A stretch of DNA of 59,542 bases from Oscillospiraceae bacterium (lineage in GTDB: Bacteria; Bacillota; Clostridia; Oscillospirales; UBA929), in the NCBI GenBank assembly GCA_031549735.1, contig JAVBPF010000048.1:1-59542 (forward strand), in the 5' to 3' direction. The translations under genes were made by a program, and so were the position numbers. Numbering within the stretch: the first letter of the stretch is position 1; each line of letters starts with the position of its first letter. Below are positions 24,362 to 34,735 of the stretch, piece after piece. The notes beneath the pieces are model-generated. The model worked only from the letters and a program-made list of their open reading frames with translations, did not search any database and was not told the DNA's origin.

Positions 24362-24766
24362 TTGAAAGCGGGAACGACCAAAATTCTATCGCTCTTTCTA
24401 TTGACTCTTTTGGCGGGCAGCCTGTTAACCGCTTGCGGCGGAGGAGGTTCGGACGCGGATCAACCGCCCAAAACCGTGATGGTTGATATGGGAGAATTTA
24501 CCACAAACGTCCTCGACAGTAAAAAACTATTGAGTTGTGGCATTAAAATTGATATAACTGATGAAAAGATGGCGCCTGACTTCGCCGACAGAGATTATGT
24601 GGCCAAGGACGCCATTGTCCGTATTTTGCGTGAGCTTACCGAGGCCGACCTGACCAAGGAAGGCATTCAGGACGAGCTGTCCGGGCAGATTCTGGAGGCG
24701 TTGAACTCGGCGTATGAAACCGAGTGCGTCTACCGCGTGTATTTCGTCCGGTTCGTCTATCAATAA
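24362..24766 (+). CDS. fliL: FliL-like flagellar basal-body-associated protein with a predicted lipoprotein signal peptide
   Basis: (M)KAGTTKILSLFLLTLLAGSLLTAC|GGGG has the lipobox L-T-A-C. The body MGEFTTNVLDSKKLLSCGIKIDI...VYFVRFVYQ is FliL-like. GGAGG lies 9 nt before TTG 24362. Confidence 0.8.
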   Translation: MKAGTTKILSLFLLTLLAGSLLTACGGGGSDADQPPKTVMVDMGEFTTNVLDSKKLLSCGIKIDITDEKMAPDFADRDYVAKDAIVRILRELTEADLTKEGIQDELSGQILEALNSAYETECVYRVYFVRFVYQ

Positions 24767-24811
24767 CAGGACTCGGCTGTTGATCTCCTCCCGGAAGTGT
24801 GGTGAGCCGGT

Positions 24812-25810
24812 TTGCCGGATGTACTCTCTCAACATGAAATAGACGCTTTGCTCAATGCGCTCAACACCGGGGAGGTCAGCGCGGAGGAAATGAGCGCTCC
24901 CGAGCCGACCCAGCGGGTACGCACCTATGACTTCCGTACGGCCAACCGTTTCTCCAAGGAACAGATCCGTACGCTCTCCATCATCTACGATACCTTCGCC
25001 CATCTGCTGTCCAACTATCTGGCCGGCACGCTGCGAGCCATCTGCAACGTAGAGGTCATCGGGATTGAGGAGCTCAAGTATTTTGAGTTCATCAACGCGT
25101 TGCCCGACCCGGTCGTTTTGACTCTTTTGAGTATGCCGCCGCTGGTCGGGCCGACCTTGCTGGAGGTTTCCCCAGACGTCTCGGTTTCCATTGTCAGCCG
25201 CCTTTTGGGCGGATCGGGCAGTACGGCCGGGGATAAGCGGAGTTTCACCGAAATCGAGCTGGTGCTCATCGAGCGTATCGTCCGGCAGTTCGGACGACTG
25301 CTCGACGAAGCCTGGGAAAAGGTCATCGAAGTCCATACGGTTTACGAGCGGATGGAGACCAGCGCGCAGTTCGCGCAGATTGTCTCGACCGGAGAGACGG
25401 TGGCCATTGTTTCGCTCAACGTGACCATCGGGGAGTATTCCGGACTGATTAACTTTTGCCTTCCCCATCTGGCCATCGAATCGATCAGCAAGCAGCTCAA
25501 CACCAAGATGCTTTTTCAGGGCAATTCCGAGCATGTACTGCAGGCCTCGGCTTCGGCCGACATCCGAAGCCGCATTCGGAACACCCGGCTGCCCATCACG
25601 GCCATGTTCAACGAGACCGGAGCGCAGGTGCGGGACGTTATCGCGCTTCAGCAGGGCGACGTCATTCAGCTTGACCACAAGGTCGGCGAGCCGCTCGTGC
25701 TGAAAGTCGGACACCTGGACAAATTCCGGGGCGCGCTGGGGGTTCGGGATCGCCGGTACGCCGTTAAAATCTCCAAAGTGATCCGGGAGGAGGAAGAAGC
25801 CTATGAGTAA
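24812..25810 (+). CDS. fliM: Flagellar motor switch protein FliM
   Basis: N-terminal [10 protein letters not shown] CheY-P binding motif, middle CheC-like domain and C-terminal SpoA domain. Confidence 0.95.
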   Translation: MPDVLSQHEIDALLNALNTGEVSAEEMSAPEPTQRVRTYDFRTANRFSKEQIRTLSIIYDTFAHLLSNYLAGTLRAICNVEVIGIEELKYFEFINALPDPVVLTLLSMPPLVGPTLLEVSPDVSVSIVSRLLGGSGSTAGDKRSFTEIELVLIERIVRQFGRLLDEAWEKVIEVHTVYERMETSAQFAQIVSTGETVAIVSLNVTIGEYSGLINFCLPHLAIESISKQLNTKMLFQGNSEHVLQASASADIRSRIRNTRLPITAMFNETGAQVRDVIALQQGDVIQLDHKVGEPLVLKVGHLDKFRGALGVRDRRYAVKISKVIREEEEAYE

Positions 25811-27146
25811 CGGACTTTCGCAGGCGGAAATCGATGCGCTGCTGCGCGGAGAAACGCCGCCTGAAACCGATTCCCCTTCCGAAACGGCTGAGAACACAGC
25901 CGAACAGCCGCCCGAAACGTCAAAAGAAGATGCGGGCGCGCAGGCCGAGGTGTCCCAACCCGTGACCGATGCGGCCGAACCTGCCCCGAAAGGCGCGGGC
26001 AAGGGCAAAAAGTCGGAAGAATCGAAAAAAACGGACAAAGAACCCGCCCTGCCGGTCGGTGAAAACACGATGACCCCGGCCGAAGTGGACGCGATGGGCG
26101 AGATTGGCAATATCAGCATGGGTACGGCCGCCACCACCCTGTTTACCATGCTCAACCGACGTGTTGAGATTACGACGCCGCGTGTGTCGGTCGTCACCAT
26201 CGAGCAGATCGCCAGAGAGTATCCGATGCCGTTTGTCGGCGTTCAGGTCAGCTACACGCAGGGGCTTGAGGGTACCAACCTGCTCTTCCTGCAGGAGAAG
26301 GACGTTAAGATCATCACCGATTTGCTCATGGGAGGCGACGGCACCAACACCGAGGGCGACCTGACCGATATGCATCTGTCGGCCATCTGCGAGGTCATGA
26401 ACCAAATGGTGGGATCCTCGTCCACATCGCTGGCGCAACTGATGGGCATGGCCATCGACATCTCGCCGCCCACGGCTTTCCGCATCGATATGGCGGGGAA
26501 CATTCAGGATTCTCCGGTCGCCAACATTGAAAGCCCGGTTGTCTGCACCAGTTTCGATATGGTGGTCGAAGGACTCATCAATTCGGAAATCATGCAGATT
26601 ATGCCGCAGGATTTCGCGCACAGAATGGTAGAAAGACTGCTCAGTCAGCCGTTGCCTGACGCGGCCAAGCCCGAGCCGGCACCGGCTCCCGCGCCCGCCA
26701 AAGCGAAACCGGAGGCGGAGACCAAGGCCGCGCCTGCGGCCAAGCCGGCCGCCAAGACGCCAGCCAAACCGGCCGCGCCGGCTCATCCGGCGTCCAACCC
26801 CGATTCCCCGGTAGCCGACCAACTGGTGGATGTCCGGCCGGCGCAATTCGGCCAATTTGAGGATGAAACGCCGGAACTCACACAGCAGGACGAGAACCTC
26901 GATCTGTTGATGGACGTGCCGCTCAGTATCGCCGTTGAGCTGGGCCGCAGCAAGAAGTATATCCGCGAAATTCTGGATTTCAACGTCGGCTCCATCATCG
27001 TGCTGGATAAGATGGCCGGGGAGCTGGTTGATGTGATGGTCAATGGCAAGCTGATCGCCCGGGGCGAAGTGGTGGTCATCGAGGACAACTACGGCGTCCG
27101 CATCACAGAAATTCTTTCGCCGGGCAAGGTTTGGACAACGCTATAA
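25803..27146 (+). CDS. fliY: Flagellar motor switch phosphatase FliY (CheC-like plus FliN domains)
   Basis: N-terminal [10 protein letters not shown]. CheC-type motifs [18 protein letters not shown] and [14 protein letters not shown]-terminal FliN/SpoA sequence [36 protein letters not shown]...[14 protein letters not shown]. Confidence 0.93.
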   Translation: MSNGLSQAEIDALLRGETPPETDSPSETAENTAEQPPETSKEDAGAQAEVSQPVTDAAEPAPKGAGKGKKSEESKKTDKEPALPVGENTMTPAEVDAMGEIGNISMGTAATTLFTMLNRRVEITTPRVSVVTIEQIAREYPMPFVGVQVSYTQGLEGTNLLFLQEKDVKIITDLLMGGDGTNTEGDLTDMHLSAICEVMNQMVGSSSTSLAQLMGMAIDISPPTAFRIDMAGNIQDSPVANIESPVVCTSFDMVVEGLINSEIMQIMPQDFAHRMVERLLSQPLPDAAKPEPAPAPAPAKAKPEAETKAAPAAKPAAKTPAKPAAPAHPASNPDSPVADQLVDVRPAQFGQFEDETPELTQQDENLDLLMDVPLSIAVELGRSKKYIREILDFNVGSIIVLDKMAGELVDVMVNGKLIARGEVVVIEDNYGVRITEILSPGKVWTTL

Positions 27147-27193
27147 ATGCCTTGCGCGAATACCTCGCAAACTAGGCTGGGAGGAATAACAAT

Positions 27194-27556
27194 ATGGCCA
27201 ATTCAATCCTGGTGGTCGACGACGCCGCCTTCATGCGCATGATGATCAAGGACGTGCTCACCAAAAATGGATTCGACGTGGCAGGCGAGGCCGAAAACGG
27301 CGCGCAAGCCGTTGAAAAATTCAAGGAGCTTTCGCCCGACCTGGTCATTATGGACATCACCATGCCCGAGATGACCGGCATTGAGGCGCTCAAGGCCATC
27401 AGGGCTGTGGACGCCAACGCGCGCGTCATCATGTGCTCCGCCATGGGTCAGCAGGCCATGGTCATTGAGGCGATTCAGGCGGGGGCCAAGGACTTCATTG
27501 TGAAGCCCTTCCAGCCCGACCGTGTTTGTGAAGCCGTACGGAAGGTGCTGGGATAA
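27194..27556 (+). CDS. cheY: Chemotaxis response regulator CheY
   Basis: 120 aa with LVVDDAAFMR, DLVIMDITMPEMTG and KDFIVKPF. Confidence 0.95.
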   Translation: MANSILVVDDAAFMRMMIKDVLTKNGFDVAGEAENGAQAVEKFKELSPDLVIMDITMPEMTGIEALKAIRAVDANARVIMCSAMGQQAMVIEAIQAGAKDFIVKPFQPDRVCEAVRKVLG

Positions 27557-28600
27557 GTGACATCCGCAACCCTGTGGCTGACCGAAACAATCAAAACGCC
27601 CTCGGCTGCGTCCGGTGGATGGACGGTACTGCTGGGCTTTTTGGGCTTTGCTCTTATTTTGGCGCTCAGCTATCTGGCGCTGCGCTGGCTGAACAAGCGA
27701 AACGCTTTGGGTGCGCGCAGCCGGTATATGGCCGTGCTTGACCGCATGGCGGTGTCGCGAGACTGCACGCTGCTCATTGTACGCATTCTTGACGAAATCT
27801 ACGCCGTCGGCGTGACTAAGGACGGCGTTGAACAGATTTGTCGCGTAGACCCGGAGGTATTTGAAGCCTATCCGCCGCCGCCGCGCGGCTTTTTCCGCAG
27901 TAGGGCCGAAGTCCGGTCGGACACAACGGCCGCGCAGACCGAGCCGGTCGCCGCGCCCCGGGCCGAGACCGTGACGCCCTCCGCCGAGCAGAGTCCGCCC
28001 GCCGAACCGTCCCGGGGGAAGGACACGTTCCTGCGAAGGTTTGTCCACAATCTCGGCGTCAACAGCGGCGTCTTGCCCAAGGATACGCCGCCGCGCCGCC
28101 CGCCCGCCAAGCCACAGACCGAGACGTCCACGTCCTTTTCGGAGGTTCTCCGACAGACGCAGGAGCACCCGCGGCCGAAGCCGGACAGCGTGTCGCCGTC
28201 ACAGGAGGATCATGACGTGATGGGGCGCGCCACGCCCGCGCGACAAGGACCGGTGGGAACAAACGAGCCGAATGATGTGCCCCGCGCGACGCGCCGGGAT
28301 TACGATTCACTGTTTGAGGGTATCCGCAGTTACAGCGAGGCCGGTGTTATGCCCTCCAAGGAGCCTCGGCCGCGGCCCGCGCCGCAGGAAACTCAGGCGT
28401 CTTCCGTGCCGAAGGCGGTTGCCAAACCGCCATCCGCGCCGCCCTCCTCCGAAGAAAACGCGTCCGTTTCCGAGCAAGCGCCGCCTCCGACCGTGTCGAA
28501 ACCGGCGTCGTCTCCGGACGATCCGTTGGACAACTTGCGTGATCGCATGAGCCGGCGTTCGGCCAACATCAAAAAGAAATGGGATGAAGATAAGTCGTAA
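27557..28600 (+). CDS. fliO: FliO/FliZ-family flagellar biosynthesis protein with a ~240-aa Pro/Ser/Ala-rich C-terminal extension
   Basis: TM segment WTVLLGFLGFALILALSYLAL followed by YMAVLDRMAVSRDCTLLIVRILDEIYAVGVTKDGVEQI, which is the FliO core. GTG 27557 abuts the cheY stop. Confidence 0.8.
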   Translation: MTSATLWLTETIKTPSAASGGWTVLLGFLGFALILALSYLALRWLNKRNALGARSRYMAVLDRMAVSRDCTLLIVRILDEIYAVGVTKDGVEQICRVDPEVFEAYPPPPRGFFRSRAEVRSDTTAAQTEPVAAPRAETVTPSAEQSPPAEPSRGKDTFLRRFVHNLGVNSGVLPKDTPPRRPPAKPQTETSTSFSEVLRQTQEHPRPKPDSVSPSQEDHDVMGRATPARQGPVGTNEPNDVPRATRRDYDSLFEGIRSYSEAGVMPSKEPRPRPAPQETQASSVPKAVAKPPSAPPSSEENASVSEQAPPPTVSKPASSPDDPLDNLRDRMSRRSANIKKKWDEDKS

Positions 28601-28719
28601 ATTCTCCTTTTGTCCGGATTTTTGGGAGGAAGCCGGACATTCGGGGCAGACTAGGTAACCGACTGGTTTTGATCAGCGGTTACCTTATAGATCAACTAGA
28701 GGGTTAGAGGAATTATGGG

Positions 28720-29595
28720 ATGAATTGTGTTGGGCTGAACCGCTGCCATAAGAAAGGGGCGGGCAGGCATGTCAGAGACCGGCTTCGCAGGTCTTTGAAG
28801 CTTGTCCTCCTTTTGTCATGCCTGTTGCCCTGTTTGCTTTTGATGACGTCGACCGCTTCGGCCACCGGAACACAGCCGAACGACGGCGGTATCGATTACG
28901 CGGCGACCGACGCCGACACCTTCCCGCTCAATCTGTTGGGCTCCGACATGACGGTGGAGGGTTCCACCACAACGCTTGAAATCATCCTGCTGTTGACCGT
29001 GCTCACGCTGGCGCCGTCCATTCTCATCATGGTGACGGCGTTCACGCGTATTGTCATCGTGCTGTCGTTCACACGAAACGCCATGGGGACACAGCAGATG
29101 CCGCCCAACCAGGTCATGGTCGGGCTGGCGCTGTTTCTCACGCTGTTTGTCATGTGGCCGGTGTTTACCGAGATCAAGTCCGAGGCCTGGGATCCGTATG
29201 CCGCCGAGGAGATTACGGCCGACGAGGCGCTGGATCGGGCGGTGCAGCCGCTGCGGACGTTTATGTTCAAGCAGATCAACACGCACAGCAACCAGAGTGA
29301 TTTGCGCACATTCATCGATATCGCCGGCATCGACCCGCCCGAGACCGACGACGATATCCCCACGCACGTGCTCATTCCGGCCTTCATCACCAGCGAAATC
29401 AAAACGGCCTTTCAAATCGGATTCATGATCTTTATTCCCTTCATTGTCATTGACATGATCGTCGCCTCGGCGCTGATGTCGATGGGTATGATGATGCTTC
29501 CCCCGGTCATGATTTCCCTGCCGTTTAAGATCATGCTATTCGTTTTGGTCGACGGCTGGAATCTGACGATACAGAGCCTTATACAAACCTTTTGA
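28720..29595 (+). CDS. fliP: Flagellar export gate protein FliP
   Basis: Signal/TM segment followed by [44 protein letters not shown]...[35 protein letters not shown]. Confidence 0.95.
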   Translation: MNCVGLNRCHKKGAGRHVRDRLRRSLKLVLLLSCLLPCLLLMTSTASATGTQPNDGGIDYAATDADTFPLNLLGSDMTVEGSTTTLEIILLLTVLTLAPSILIMVTAFTRIVIVLSFTRNAMGTQQMPPNQVMVGLALFLTLFVMWPVFTEIKSEAWDPYAAEEITADEALDRAVQPLRTFMFKQINTHSNQSDLRTFIDIAGIDPPETDDDIPTHVLIPAFITSEIKTAFQIGFMIFIPFIVIDMIVASALMSMGMMMLPPVMISLPFKIMLFVLVDGWNLTIQSLIQTF

Positions 29596-29725
29596 AGCGC
29601 GAGCGCTTCAAAAGGTGATGATTGTATAGACGTTTCTGCGGCGATGCGTATTCGCCTGCGAAACGCAAGGAATGCGAGAGTTGGATGGGGAAACGAGCGA
29701 AGTGAATCCGCTCATATTTCGATGG
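29587..29725 (+). repeat. B-family module, copy B2 (between fliP and fliQ); its first hairpin overlaps the fliP stop codon
   Basis: ACCTTTTGAAGCG/CGCTTCAAAAGGT hairpin, TTCTGCGGCGATGCGTATTCGCCTGCGAAACGCAAGGAATGCGAGAGTTGGATGG, then GAGCG-AAGTGAATC-CGCTC. Confidence 0.75.
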
Positions 29726-29766
29726 ACTTGGCGGGCGCGAGACAAAAAGCGGGGGAGGGGATGGCG

Positions 29767-30036
29767 ATGGGACAGGCCGAGGTTACCACCATTATGCAGG
29801 ACGCGCTGACCACCATCCTGCTGGTTTCCCTGCCGCTGCTGGGCATTGGCCTGGTTGTGGGTTTGATTATCTCCATTCTGCAGGCCACCACACAAATTAA
29901 CGAGCAGACCATCGTGTTCGTCTCCAAAATCCTCAGCGTGTTCGGCGCCCTTATCCTGTTCGGTTCGTGGATGCTGACGCAGCTGACCGAGTTCACCTAC
30001 CGCGTGTACGACTTTATCATCACCAGCTTCCGATAG
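29767..30036 (+). CDS. fliQ: Flagellar export gate protein FliQ
   Basis: 89 aa: MGQAEVTTIMQDALTTILLVSLPLLGIGLVVGLIISILQATTQINEQT. ATG 29761 is an alternative start. Confidence 0.92.
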   Translation: MGQAEVTTIMQDALTTILLVSLPLLGIGLVVGLIISILQATTQINEQTIVFVSKILSVFGALILFGSWMLTQLTEFTYRVYDFIITSFR

Positions 30037-30075
30037 CGGAATCGGTTTTCCAATCGACTGACAGGGGGGCGGGAC

Positions 30076-30858
30076 ATGGAACAGATCACGGCCGTGCTGC
30101 TTCTCTGGGTGGCGCAGTTCGCGCTGATTCTGATCCGGCTCGCGGCGCTGTTCACCATCTCCCCGATTTTCGGACGCGCCAATCTGCCCAACACGGCGAA
30201 AATTATGTTTTCGGTTATCCTGTCCATCCTCGTGATCAATTTGGTGCCGCCGGGGGATGTCCTCAACGGGGTTTCACTGCCCGGATTTGTTTTCATGTGT
30301 TTGAGCGAGCTGGTCGTCGGGCTTTCGCTGGGATTCCTCACCACGGTGTTTTTCTCGGTTGTTTTTACCGCCGGTCAAATCATCGACACGCAGATCGGGT
30401 TCGGCATGGTGCAGGTCTATGATGTGCAGTCCAATGTGCAAATCCCGATTTCCGGCAGCCTGCTCAACATGGTGTTGCTCATCAGCGCGATGGTGTCGGG
30501 CGGGCATTTGCGGCTCATTCAGATCCTGACCAGGACGTTTGAAACCATCCCGGTGGGACAGGCGCACATTACCGCCGAGACGGGGCTTTTGGTGCTGGAC
30601 GCCTTCACCAAAAGCTTTGTGCTGGCCATTCAGGTGGCTATGCCGATCATCGCGTCGGGGCTGTTGGCCGAGATTGCGCTGGGTGTTGTGGTGCGAACCG
30701 CGCCGCAAATGAACATCTTTGTCATCGGCATCCCCATCAAGACCATCATTGGTTTGATTATGCTTATTCTGGTCGTCCCGACCTTCACTGTTTTTACCTC
30801 GGCTATTTTTGACAGCATGTACAACTCGATTGACGCGCTGTTTTTGAGTATGGCGTAG
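30076..30858 (+). CDS. fliR: Flagellar export gate protein FliR
   Basis: 260 aa, polytopic, with ALILIRLAALFTISPIFG and GFGMVQVYD. Confidence 0.93.
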   Translation: MEQITAVLLLWVAQFALILIRLAALFTISPIFGRANLPNTAKIMFSVILSILVINLVPPGDVLNGVSLPGFVFMCLSELVVGLSLGFLTTVFFSVVFTAGQIIDTQIGFGMVQVYDVQSNVQIPISGSLLNMVLLISAMVSGGHLRLIQILTRTFETIPVGQAHITAETGLLVLDAFTKSFVLAIQVAMPIIASGLLAEIALGVVVRTAPQMNIFVIGIPIKTIIGLIMLILVVPTFTVFTSAIFDSMYNSIDALFLSMA

Positions 30859-30859
30859 G

Positions 30860-31525
30860 GGTTTGTTTGTCCTCACAGGGACGAACGGAGGTATCTCTCC
30901 TGCGGGAGGCAGCGGAGGACGTGACTTTCTTCCCGCCAAGAAAGTCACCAAAGAGGCGTTTTGGGGAACGAAACCAGCTTTTAGCGAAAATTGCTTCTCC
31001 GCACACGCTTTTATCCGGGCTTTGCCGGTTGTCTCACGGCCACCGAAACGGTGAGGTCAAAGCTTCGGTTGGGATCAATTCTCTTGTCAGTTGTACTCCC
31101 TAATCCTTGATGGCGTGTACTACTGGATTGCGACGACCGGGGATTGTGGCGCGAGGGCGGCCACATGGGGCCGCCCCTACGGAGACGATTTTCGGTTTTC
31201 CGTTGCCCCCGCTTCTCACTCCTTGGGGATCCAATGGGGCCGAAGCCCCTTGGTCGGTTGAGGAAAGGAGTCCAGAGGAAAACCCGATCGAAAGGGTTTG
31301 TCTCTGGCGGTTCTTTGGTTCCTTTCTGTCCGTACAGAAAGGAACTCGTCCGGGGACGAAACAACCCCAGTCTCGGCTCTTCGATGTCAAGCCTCGAGCG
31401 CGCCGCGCGGGCAGTCGTACTGTTTGCTCCGTGTGCGTCTAAACAGTCAGCGTTGCGGCGTTGCCTTGGTTTAGCCGCCCACTGCGCTCACTGTACTCCT
31501 TGCGCGTCGACGAGGCTCTTCGATT
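30860..31525 (+). repeat. E-family composite intergenic element, copy E2 (between fliR and flhB)
   Basis: Collinear with 7690-8284 and contains the same ordered modules. The hairpin at 31338-31365 differs from its E1 counterpart (8133-8160) by three compensatory base-pair changes. Confidence 0.85.
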
Positions 31526-31538
31526 GGTGGTGAGCGCT

Positions 31539-32624
31539 ATGCCCGGCGATTCGGGAGATAAAACCGAAAAGGCAACCCCAAAAAAGCGGGAGGACGCCCG
31601 AAAAAAGGGGCAGGTACTGAAAAGCCAGGAGGTCAACACCGCGGTGACCATGGTGGCCATGTTCGCGGCCATCTCCATGTTCGCCGCTTCCATTCTCCGC
31701 GGGGTCATCGAGCTGCTGACCTCCTATCTGGGCAGCGGGTTCGAGCTCGAACTCACCATGACCGGCGTACAGCAGATGATGAGCCACGCCATCGGCAGTT
31801 TGTTTTCCAATATGCTGCCGATGATGTTGGTGGCGGTGGTCGTTGGGGTTCTGGTCAACATTGTGCAGGTCGGCTTCCTGTTCACGGCCGCCTCTATCAA
31901 GCCGAAATTCAGCAAGATCAATCCGATGCAGGGATTCAAGCGTATTTTCTCGATGCGCTCCGTTGTGGAGATGCTCAAGGCCGTCCTGAAAATCGCCGTG
32001 GTTGGATTTGTGGTATACTCCGAATACATGAACAACTTCCCGCAGTTTCCCAACCTGATGGGTTACTCGGTGGCGACAGGCGGTCAGGCCGTCTTCGACA
32101 TGTGTATGTCGGTGGGCTTCAAAGCCTCGATTGTACTCATCATCATTGGTGTGGCCGACTTCATGTATCAGTGGTTCGACTATGAGAAAAATTTGCGTAT
32201 GACCAAACAGGAAATCAAAGACGAATACAAGATGATTGAGGGCGATCCCAAAGTCAAGGGCAAAATCAAGGAAAAACAGCGGGAAATCGCCATGAAACGC
32301 ATGATGGCCGACGTGCCCGACGCCGACGTGGTCATCACCAACCCCACGCACTACGCCGTGGCGCTGCGCTACGACGAGCAAAAGTCGCCGTCGCCGATGG
32401 TGGTGGCCAAGGGACAGGATCTGGTCGCCCAACGCATCAAGGATCGGGCGCGCGAGGCGGGCGTGGAGATCGTCGAGAACAAGCCGGTCGCACAGGCGCT
32501 GTATTTGACCGTGGACATCGGTCAAAGCATCCCCGAGGACATGTTCCAGGCTGTGGCCGAGATTTTGGCCTTTGTTTACAACAAGAGAAGCGACGAACGC
32601 CGGCCGATCAACTATACGACGTAG
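31539..32624 (+). CDS. flhB: Flagellar export switch protein FlhB
   Basis: MPGDSGDKTEKATPKKREDARKKGQVLKSQEV. NPTH autocleavage motif present (VVITNPTHYAVAL). Confidence 0.95.
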   Translation: MPGDSGDKTEKATPKKREDARKKGQVLKSQEVNTAVTMVAMFAAISMFAASILRGVIELLTSYLGSGFELELTMTGVQQMMSHAIGSLFSNMLPMMLVAVVVGVLVNIVQVGFLFTAASIKPKFSKINPMQGFKRIFSMRSVVEMLKAVLKIAVVGFVVYSEYMNNFPQFPNLMGYSVATGGQAVFDMCMSVGFKASIVLIIIGVADFMYQWFDYEKNLRMTKQEIKDEYKMIEGDPKVKGKIKEKQREIAMKRMMADVPDADVVITNPTHYAVALRYDEQKSPSPMVVAKGQDLVAQRIKDRAREAGVEIVENKPVAQALYLTVDIGQSIPEDMFQAVAEILAFVYNKRSDERRPINYTT

Positions 32625-32680
32625 CGCGCGGCGCGTGATCCCGGACAGGGCGCCGGAGGAAAGAGAAAGGTGATGGGGTT

Positions 32681-34735
32681 TTGGATCAGCCGAGAGCTTC
32701 GCGGATGCAATTTGGCGACATCGCGGTGGCTGTAATGGTCATCCTGGTTGTGCTGCTCATTGTCATTCCGCTCGCCCCCACCATGATCGATATCCTCATC
32801 ACGCTCAACCTCGCCATTTCGGTCACCATTTTGCTGCTCGCCATCAACGCCAAAGAGACGCTGGACTTTTCCACCTTCCCGTCGTTGCTGCTCATCACCA
32901 CCATTTTCCGCATTTCCATAAACATTTCGACAACGCGGCAGATTTTGGGCAACCACGGCGACGCGGGCGAGCTGATCCGCACCTTCGGCTCCTTTGTCGC
33001 CGGAGGCAATCTCGTTGTCGGTGTCATCATCTTTTTGATCATCTTTTTGGTGCAGTTTATGGTCATTACCAAGGGTGCCGAGCGCGTGGCCGAGGTGGCG
33101 GCGCGCTTCACCCTGGACGCCATGCCGGGCAAGCAGATGGCCATTGACGCCGACCTTTCCTCGGGCGTCATCGACGAGACGACCGCCCGGAAGCGGCGTA
33201 TCAACGTACAACGCGAGGCCGACTTCTACGGCTCCATGGACGGCGCGTCCAAGTTTGTCAAGGGCGACGCCATCATGGGCATTATCATCACCGTCATCAA
33301 CATCGTCGGCGGCCTGCTGATCGAAACGATGAGCGGCGGCTCCACCGACGACGCGCTGACCGTCTATACGGTGGCCACCATCGGCGACGGTCTGGCCGGG
33401 CAGATCCCGGCGCTGCTCATTTCCACGGCCACCGGGATCACGGTGACCAAGGCCAACTCGGACAACTCGATGGGCACCGACATCACCCGCCAACTGACCC
33501 AGCAGCCGTTGATCCTGATGATGGCCGCCGCCGTCATCGCCGTTATGAGCCTCATCCCCGGCATGCCCAAGCTTTTCATGTGGGTCGTGGCCGGCGGGTT
33601 CTTCGCGCTGGGTATGGTGCTGCGCAACGCGCAAAACAAGCCCGAGGTCATCGAGGAGGAGGCGGTGGTCGAACAGGCCGCCGAAGAGACGCGCAAACCG
33701 GAAAATGTGGTGTCTCTGCTCTCGGTCGATCCCATCGAGCTGGAGTTCGGCTACGGCATCATTCCGCTGGCCGACGCCAGTCAGGGCGGCGATCTGCTCG
33801 ACCGCGTCGTGATGATCCGGCGGCAGTGCGCCATGGAGCTGGGCATGATTGTGCCGGTCATTCGGCTGCGCGACAACATTCAGTTCGCAGCCAGTGAGTA
33901 TATGATTAAAATCAAGGGCAACGAGGTGGCGCGCGGCGAAATCATGCTCGATCACTTCCTGGCCATGAATCCGGGCGACGCGGCCGAAGACATCGGCGGC
34001 ATCGACACGGTGGAGCCGGCCTTCGGACTGTCGGCCAAATGGGTTCGGGAAAATGACCGTGAACGCGCCGAGCTGCTCGGGTATACCATTGTCGACCCGC
34101 CCTCGGTCATCGCCACACATCTCACCGAGGTCGTGCGCAAGCACGCCCATGAGCTGCTCGGACGGCAGCAGGTGCAGGTGCTCATCGACAACCTGCGCCA
34201 GAGCCAGCCCTCGCTGGTCGACGAGGTGGTGCCCAAGCTGTTCAGTCTGGGCGAAGTGCAGAAGGTATTGGCGGCACTTTTGCAGGAGGGGATTTCCATC
34301 CGGGATATGGGCTCCATCGTCGAGACGATGGGCGACTACGGCAACATCACGCGCGACCCGGAAATGCTGACCGAATACGTGCGCCAGTCACTCAAACGCG
34401 CCATATCCAATCGGTTCGCGCCCAACGGTCAGATCCATGTGTTGACGTTGGATCCCGGCCTGGAGCATACCATCCTCAACAATGTGCGTCAGACCGAGCA
34501 CGGCTCGTATGTGTCGATGGAATCGGACACCATACAGAAAATGTTCGACAGTCTGCGCGCCGGTGTCGAGCGCATGGCCAGCCTGGGGCTGCCGCCCATT
34601 GTGCTGACCGCGCCGGTCGTGCGGTATCACTTCAAAAAGATGGTCGACGGACTGGCGCCCGATCTGGTGGTGCTGTCCTACAATGAGTTGGAACAGGCCG
34701 TTGATATTCAGGCCGATGGGGTGGTGAGCGTTTGA
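32681..34735 (+). CDS. flhA: Flagellar export gate protein FlhA
   Basis: 684-aa ORF with FHIPEP motifs (RFTLDAMPGKQMAIDADL, GASKFVKGDAI) and a cytoplasmic C-terminal domain. The start is TTG 32681 or ATG 32705. Confidence 0.95.
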   Translation: MDQPRASRMQFGDIAVAVMVILVVLLIVIPLAPTMIDILITLNLAISVTILLLAINAKETLDFSTFPSLLLITTIFRISINISTTRQILGNHGDAGELIRTFGSFVAGGNLVVGVIIFLIIFLVQFMVITKGAERVAEVAARFTLDAMPGKQMAIDADLSSGVIDETTARKRRINVQREADFYGSMDGASKFVKGDAIMGIIITVINIVGGLLIETMSGGSTDDALTVYTVATIGDGLAGQIPALLISTATGITVTKANSDNSMGTDITRQLTQQPLILMMAAAVIAVMSLIPGMPKLFMWVVAGGFFALGMVLRNAQNKPEVIEEEAVVEQAAEETRKPENVVSLLSVDPIELEFGYGIIPLADASQGGDLLDRVVMIRRQCAMELGMIVPVIRLRDNIQFAASEYMIKIKGNEVARGEIMLDHFLAMNPGDAAEDIGGIDTVEPAFGLSAKWVRENDRERAELLGYTIVDPPSVIATHLTEVVRKHAHELLGRQQVQVLIDNLRQSQPSLVDEVVPKLFSLGEVQKVLAALLQEGISIRDMGSIVETMGDYGNITRDPEMLTEYVRQSLKRAISNRFAPNGQIHVLTLDPGLEHTILNNVRQTEHGSYVSMESDTIQKMFDSLRAGVERMASLGLPPIVLTAPVVRYHFKKMVDGLAPDLVVLSYNELEQAVDIQADGVVSV

